Positions 59,506 through 63,772 of a stretch of 63,772 bases of DNA are shown here, one piece after another (within the stretch, counting starts at the first letter, position 1; each line of letters starts with the position of its first letter). The stretch spans positions 1 through 63,772 of the forward strand of contig JBCDEC010000001.1 in NCBI GenBank assembly GCA_039179965.1, given 5' to 3'. Both the position numbers and the translations under genes were made by a program. A model generated the notes under the pieces. That model was given only the letters and a program-made list of their open reading frames with translations. It made no database searches and had not been told where the DNA came from. This DNA comes from Pseudomonadota bacterium. GTDB lineage: Bacteria; Pseudomonadota; Alphaproteobacteria; Rhodobacterales; Rhodobacteraceae.

Positions 59506-60420
59506 ATGGCTCTGTCACGCCGCGAATTGTTGTCCTGGGCCGCGGCCGCGCCGCTGGCGGGGCTCTTTCCGAGATCTGTCGCCTCAGAACTATCACTGGG
59601 TGCCGCCCGCCTGACCACGCTCAGCGACGGGCATCTCACCCTGCCCGGCAGCTTCCTCTTTGCGCCGATGCCACAGGGCGACCTCCTGCCGATCCTTGCG
59701 GAATTTGATATCTCCGCCGAACAGATCACCCCGGAGTGCAATCTTGCGCTCTATCGCGACGGCACACATACGGTGCTCTTTGACGTCGGCTCCGGGCCGG
59801 ACTTCATGGCCTCTGCCGGCACCATTCAGGACTCTCTGAACGACATCGGCCTCGCGCCGGAAGACATCACCCATGTGGTGTTCACCCATGCGCATCCCGA
59901 TCACATCTGGGGTCTTCTCGATGAGTTCGACGAGCCCCTGTTCTACGAGGCGACCTATATGATGGGCCGGGCCGAATGGGACTACTGGTGGGATCCCGAG
60001 ACCGTGTCGCGCATTGGCGAGGCCCGCGCCGCCTTCGCGGTCGGTGCCAAGCGGCGCATGGAGGTGATCGAGGACACGGTGGTGCGCTTTGATCCCGGCG
60101 ACGAGATTCTGCCCGGCATCGCCGCCCTGTCCACGCCCGGCCATACGCCGGGGCATATGGCATTTGAACTGCGCCAGGGGTCAAACGCAGCACTGATCAT
60201 CGGGGACGCGATCGGCAATCATCACGTGGCCTTCCGCAAACCGCAGTGGGAAAGCGGCGCCGATCAGGACGCGGCCCGGGCGGTGGCCTCGCGGCAGATG
60301 CTCTTGGATCGGCTGGTCTCGGAAGATCTCACGCTGGTGGGCTTTCACCTGCCGGGCGGAGGAATGGGCCGCGTCGAGGTGGACGGTGACGGCTATCGGT
60401 TTGTGGGGGCAGACACATGA
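59506..60420 (+). CDS. MBL-fold hydrolase with Tat signal (SoxG-like)
   Basis: SRRELL; THAHPDH, TPGHTPGH, IGD, FH; next to sox genes. Confidence 0.8.
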   Translation: MALSRRELLSWAAAAPLAGLFPRSVASELSLGAARLTTLSDGHLTLPGSFLFAPMPQGDLLPILAEFDISAEQITPECNLALYRDGTHTVLFDVGSGPDFMASAGTIQDSLNDIGLAPEDITHVVFTHAHPDHIWGLLDEFDEPLFYEATYMMGRAEWDYWWDPETVSRIGEARAAFAVGAKRRMEVIEDTVVRFDPGDEILPGIAALSTPGHTPGHMAFELRQGSNAALIIGDAIGNHHVAFRKPQWESGADQDAARAVASRQMLLDRLVSEDLTLVGFHLPGGGMGRVEVDGDGYRFVGADT

Positions 60421-61361
60421 AACACTGGCTCGCTCTCCTTGCCGTGCTGGCCGCGCCCGTGTGTGCGGATGAAGATATTCCCGATCAATACCCCGGCTCG
60501 CCACTCTATTCTAAGCCGGTCGAGGTTATCCCGCATGTCTGGTCGGCCATCGGGGCGACCGCCCCGCCGACCTATGAAAACGCCGGCCACAACAACAACC
60601 TCAGCTTTATCGTTACCGGCGACGGGGTGATCGTGATCAACGGCGGCGCGGCCTATATTCTGGCCGAGGCGCTGCACGAAGAGATCAAGGCGATCACCGA
60701 TCAACCGGTGCGGCTGGTCATCGACGAAAACGGCCAGGGCCATGCGATACTCGGCAATTCCTATTGGGCAGACCAGGGCGTGCCGATCCTGGCCCATGTG
60801 GATGCGGCGCATGAAATCGCCGAGCGCGGCAACCGGATCCTTGAGTCCATGCAACGCTACAACCGCGACAAGGCCGCGGGCACCTATGTGGCGGCCCCCA
60901 CGCAGACCTTCGAGGATCGACATCTCATCGAGATGGGCGCGTTCCGTATCGAAGTGCTGCATCTCGGGCCGGCACACGGCCCCGGCGATACCCAGGTCTG
61001 GCTGCCCGAGCAGGGCCTCGTGATCGCCGGCGACATGGCCTTTCATGAACGCCTGCCGCCAATCTTCGAGGACACGGTGGCGTTGGATTGGATCGAAACA
61101 TGGGAGACCGGGTTTGAGCCGCTCAAGGCCACCTACGTCATCCCCGGTCACGGTCACCCGACCAATATGGATCAGGTGCGGCGTTACACCCGCGATTACC
61201 TGGTCTACCTGCGCGAAAAGATCGGTGAACACCTGGAGGCGGGCGGCGATCTCGCCGAGGCCTATTACGTCGATCAAAGCCCGTTTGCACATCTCGACAC
61301 GTTCGAGGAACTGGCCACGCGAAACGCAGGCCGGGTCTATGAGCAGATGGAGTTTGAGTGA
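60417..61361 (+). CDS. soxH: MBL-fold protein (SoxH-like)
   Basis: Signal peptide; YENAGHNNNLSF, degenerate ENGQGH metal motif, AHGPGD, AGD, IPGHG. Confidence 0.7.
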   Translation: MKHWLALLAVLAAPVCADEDIPDQYPGSPLYSKPVEVIPHVWSAIGATAPPTYENAGHNNNLSFIVTGDGVIVINGGAAYILAEALHEEIKAITDQPVRLVIDENGQGHAILGNSYWADQGVPILAHVDAAHEIAERGNRILESMQRYNRDKAAGTYVAAPTQTFEDRHLIEMGAFRIEVLHLGPAHGPGDTQVWLPEQGLVIAGDMAFHERLPPIFEDTVALDWIETWETGFEPLKATYVIPGHGHPTNMDQVRRYTRDYLVYLREKIGEHLEAGGDLAEAYYVDQSPFAHLDTFEELATRNAGRVYEQMEFE

Positions 61362-61371
61362 CCCGGACCGA

Positions 61372-61821
61372 TCAGATCCAGCGTCGGGTGGCCTTGAGAT
61401 AGGCCGCCGCCTCGGGGCCAAATGTCTCTGCCAATTGTGCCTCTTCCACGGCGGCAAAGCGGTGATCCAGCACCCACCAAAGCGCAGCTGTCACGACAAG
61501 TCCGACCAGCGAACCCTGGCCGACGGCGGTGGCCAGCGTGAGCAGGACAAGCCCAAGGTAGATTGGATTGCGCGAGAGGTGATAGGGGCCTTCGACGATC
61601 AGCGTTTTGGGCACATGATGGGGCTCAATCGGGGTCTTCTTCCGCAGAAACCATGACGCCGCCCAGAAGATGACGGCCAGCCCGGCCACGCACAGGATCC
61701 AGGACAGCGTCGTCAGAAGGCCAGATGCAAAGTGCCATCCGGGCAGACTCCATTTCACCGCGTAGATGACAACAATACTGCCCAGCCACCACAGGGGGGG
61801 AAGATCCGGAAAGCCTTTCAC
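61372..61821 (-). CDS. Isoprenylcysteine carboxyl methyltransferase / PEMT-like membrane protein
   Basis: L..EGPY.LSRNPIYLG, EE..L...FG...Y...RRW. Confidence 0.85.
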   Translation of the reverse strand: MKGFPDLPPLWWLGSIVVIYAVKWSLPGWHFASGLLTTLSWILCVAGLAVIFWAASWFLRKKTPIEPHHVPKTLIVEGPYHLSRNPIYLGLVLLTLATAVGQGSLVGLVVTAALWWVLDHRFAAVEEAQLAETFGPEAAAYLKATRRWI

Positions 61822-61975
61822 GCCGTGCCTCTCGTGTATCGTGTCGATGAAAGCAATACTCGGGACACCGGCTGCGCATGTCCACCGCGCAGGCTCAAAG
61901 CGCCATCACAGAGACGCGATGCGGGGGGACGGATCGCCCGGGCACACAGCTGGCCCGGACGATCTGCCTCATTCT

Positions 61976-63241
61976 TTAGCCGAACATGTCCGAGGTGATG
62001 CCGGTATACCAGCCTTCGGATTCCTCGTAGGTGGCTTTGCGGACATCCGAGCTTTCGCCTGTGGCCGAGATAAAGCCATCGACCTTGGCGATCTTCTCCG
62101 GCGTGGCCTCATACGTGGCGCCGACCTTCACACCGTCATCGGTTTCGATCAGCGACCAGCAGGTGTTGGAGAACTTTGCCGGGAAAACCTTGGACCCGGT
62201 CAGCGCGCCACGCACGGCATTGGCACAGACCTTCGCCTGGCTGTTGGCCGAGAAGCCCGACTTGGGCATGTCGCCCTGCTGCGAGGCATCGCCCAATACA
62301 TAGACATCCGGATCGGCCTTCGAGGACATATCCGCCGCATTCACCGGCGCCCAGTTGCCGTCGGTCACACCGGCGATATCCGCGATCCGGCCCGCCTTCA
62401 TCGCGGGGATGACATTGCAGACATCGACCTTGGTGTCCTCGCCATCGATCGTCAGTATCATGGCCGCGGGATCAACACTGACATTGCCACCGCCGAAGTC
62501 TTCGCCGATCCAGTCGATCATGCCCTCGTAGTGGTTGGCCCACCCTTCCTGGAAGAGCGCCATCTTGGAGAATTTCGGCTTGGGATCCGCCACCACGATC
62601 TTGGCGGTCGGATTGTTGTTCTTGAGGTAATGCGCGACCATCGAGACCCGCTCGTAGGGTCCGGGCGGGCAACGATAAGGGTTGGGCGGTGCGACCATGG
62701 CATAGGTGCCGCCTTCGGGCATCGCCATCAGCTGCGCCTTGAGAAGCTCGGTTTGCGAGCCGGCCTTGTAAGCATGCGGCATGGCATTCTGTGTGGTTAC
62801 GTCCCAGCCCGGCACGGACATGTCGACAAAGTCGATTCCCGGGCTGAGGATCAGCTTGTCGTATTTGATGCTGGGACCGCCCGCCAGCGTGACGGTCTTG
62901 GTATCGCGATCGACACCAACGGCCCAATCGTGGACCACATTGACACCCGCCGCAGCGAGGCCGCCGTAGGAATGGCCGATGTCCTCGATGTCCTTGAACC
63001 CACCAAGATAAAGGTTCGAAAAGAAACAGGTGTAGTAGGTTCGCGTGGGTTCGATCAGCGTGACGTCGACGGCGCCCTTGCTGTCTTTGGCAATATAGCG
63101 CGCCGCAGTTGCGCCGCCGGCGCCACCGCCGATCACCACAACACGGGGCTTGCCGTGCCCATCCGCAAACACCACGGGCGCCGCCATAGCGGCGGATGCC
63201 GCGGCGGTGGTGCCCAGGAAAGCGCGTCTGTTCATTGTCAT
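61976..63241 (-). CDS. soxF: Flavocytochrome c sulfide dehydrogenase flavoprotein
   Basis: Tat NRRAFLG; GGGAGG, TCFFSN, PYRCPPGPYER, MPKSGFSANSQ, NTCWS. Confidence 0.9.
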   Translation of the reverse strand: MTMNRRAFLGTTAAASAAMAAPVVFADGHGKPRVVVIGGGAGGATAARYIAKDSKGAVDVTLIEPTRTYYTCFFSNLYLGGFKDIEDIGHSYGGLAAAGVNVVHDWAVGVDRDTKTVTLAGGPSIKYDKLILSPGIDFVDMSVPGWDVTTQNAMPHAYKAGSQTELLKAQLMAMPEGGTYAMVAPPNPYRCPPGPYERVSMVAHYLKNNNPTAKIVVADPKPKFSKMALFQEGWANHYEGMIDWIGEDFGGGNVSVDPAAMILTIDGEDTKVDVCNVIPAMKAGRIADIAGVTDGNWAPVNAADMSSKADPDVYVLGDASQQGDMPKSGFSANSQAKVCANAVRGALTGSKVFPAKFSNTCWSLIETDDGVKVGATYEATPEKIAKVDGFISATGESSDVRKATYEESEGWYTGITSDMFG

Positions 63242-63270
63242 TGGGGTCCTCCTCCCTTGGGTGCCTCGGT

Positions 63271-63772
63271 TCAGTTTCCGAGGCCTTGGAAATACGCGGC
63301 CAAGGCCGCGATTTCGTCGTTGGCGAGCCGGCCTGTCACCATCTGCATCACCGGGTTCTCGCGATACTTGTCCTTGTAGGCATGCATCGCCGTTACAAAT
63401 TCAGCCGGATCCCAGCCAATGATGCCGGGAATGCCGTCGTTGCCGCCGTCCGCCAGATGACAGGTGGTGCATTCGGAGGCGAGGTATTCACCATACTCTA
63501 TGTCTCCCTCAATCGCCAAAACCTCGGCGGACACGACATAGCCCGGCGCCGGCACGGCGCTGGCGGGCACTGCCTCAGGGTTGGCGAAAGCTATTCAGGA
63601 ACGCGACAATCGCTTCCTGATCTCCTTTCTTCTTGAGGCCTGCAAAGGCCATTTTGGTGCCCTTCAGATAGGTTTTGGGCTGCGCGAGAAAGGCGGTCAG
63701 GGACTCTTCGTCCCAGATCCGGCCTTCGTCATGAGCGGCCTTGAACGTGGGCGAATACCGGAAACCCTCGAC
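63271..63772 (-). pseudogene. soxE: SoxE-like diheme cytochrome c, 5'-truncated, with a 1-nt frameshift near 63587-63589
   Basis: Frame from 63772 reads GFRYS...W...GTKMAFAGLK...FLNSFRQP* (stop 63575-63577); the second heme domain (CTTCH...NPVMQM) is in a different frame. Removing one T joins them. Confidence 0.75.

Noticed and set aside
61766-63379. 537-aa plus-strand ORF
   Set aside because: Antisense shadow of soxF.

Overview
High-GC alphaproteobacterial chromosome segment; gene content and order point to Rhodobacteraceae/Roseobacter group (inference). 1-40 kb is mostly core genes: amt, an aromatic/aspartate aminotransferase, sseA, smpB, creatinase, gabD, a putative alkaline phosphatase with a candidate Pho box, ibpA with ROSE-like thermometer and RpoH-type promoter, glcDEF, rlmH-rsfS, leuC/leuD/leuB separated by accessory genes (including an AT-richer VPLPA-CTERM gene), and aqpZ. 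After tRNA-Pro(CGG) at 40126-40202 lies a ~19 kb accessory block with two catabolic systems. (i) A LysR-controlled operon: BMP-type ABC transporter, formamidase, BiuH biuret hydrolase, TrtA-type triuret hydrolase, cupin and AtzF allophanate hydrolase. (ii) A LacI-controlled operon: TRAP transporter, an M24-fold hydrolase with an altered metal site, GarD-type dehydratase and SMP-30 lactonase; its substrate is unknown. The window ends in the distal sox cluster (soxG/H-like, soxF, and a soxE-like diheme cytochrome gene split by a 1-nt frameshift). Non-coding signals include an identical 33-bp element at two convergent junctions 34 kb apart, a duplicated 21-bp palindrome, a GTAG REP and a 16-bp VNTR. 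No CRISPR array, rRNA, integrase or transposase was recognised. All family calls come from motif recognition by eye, without database searches.
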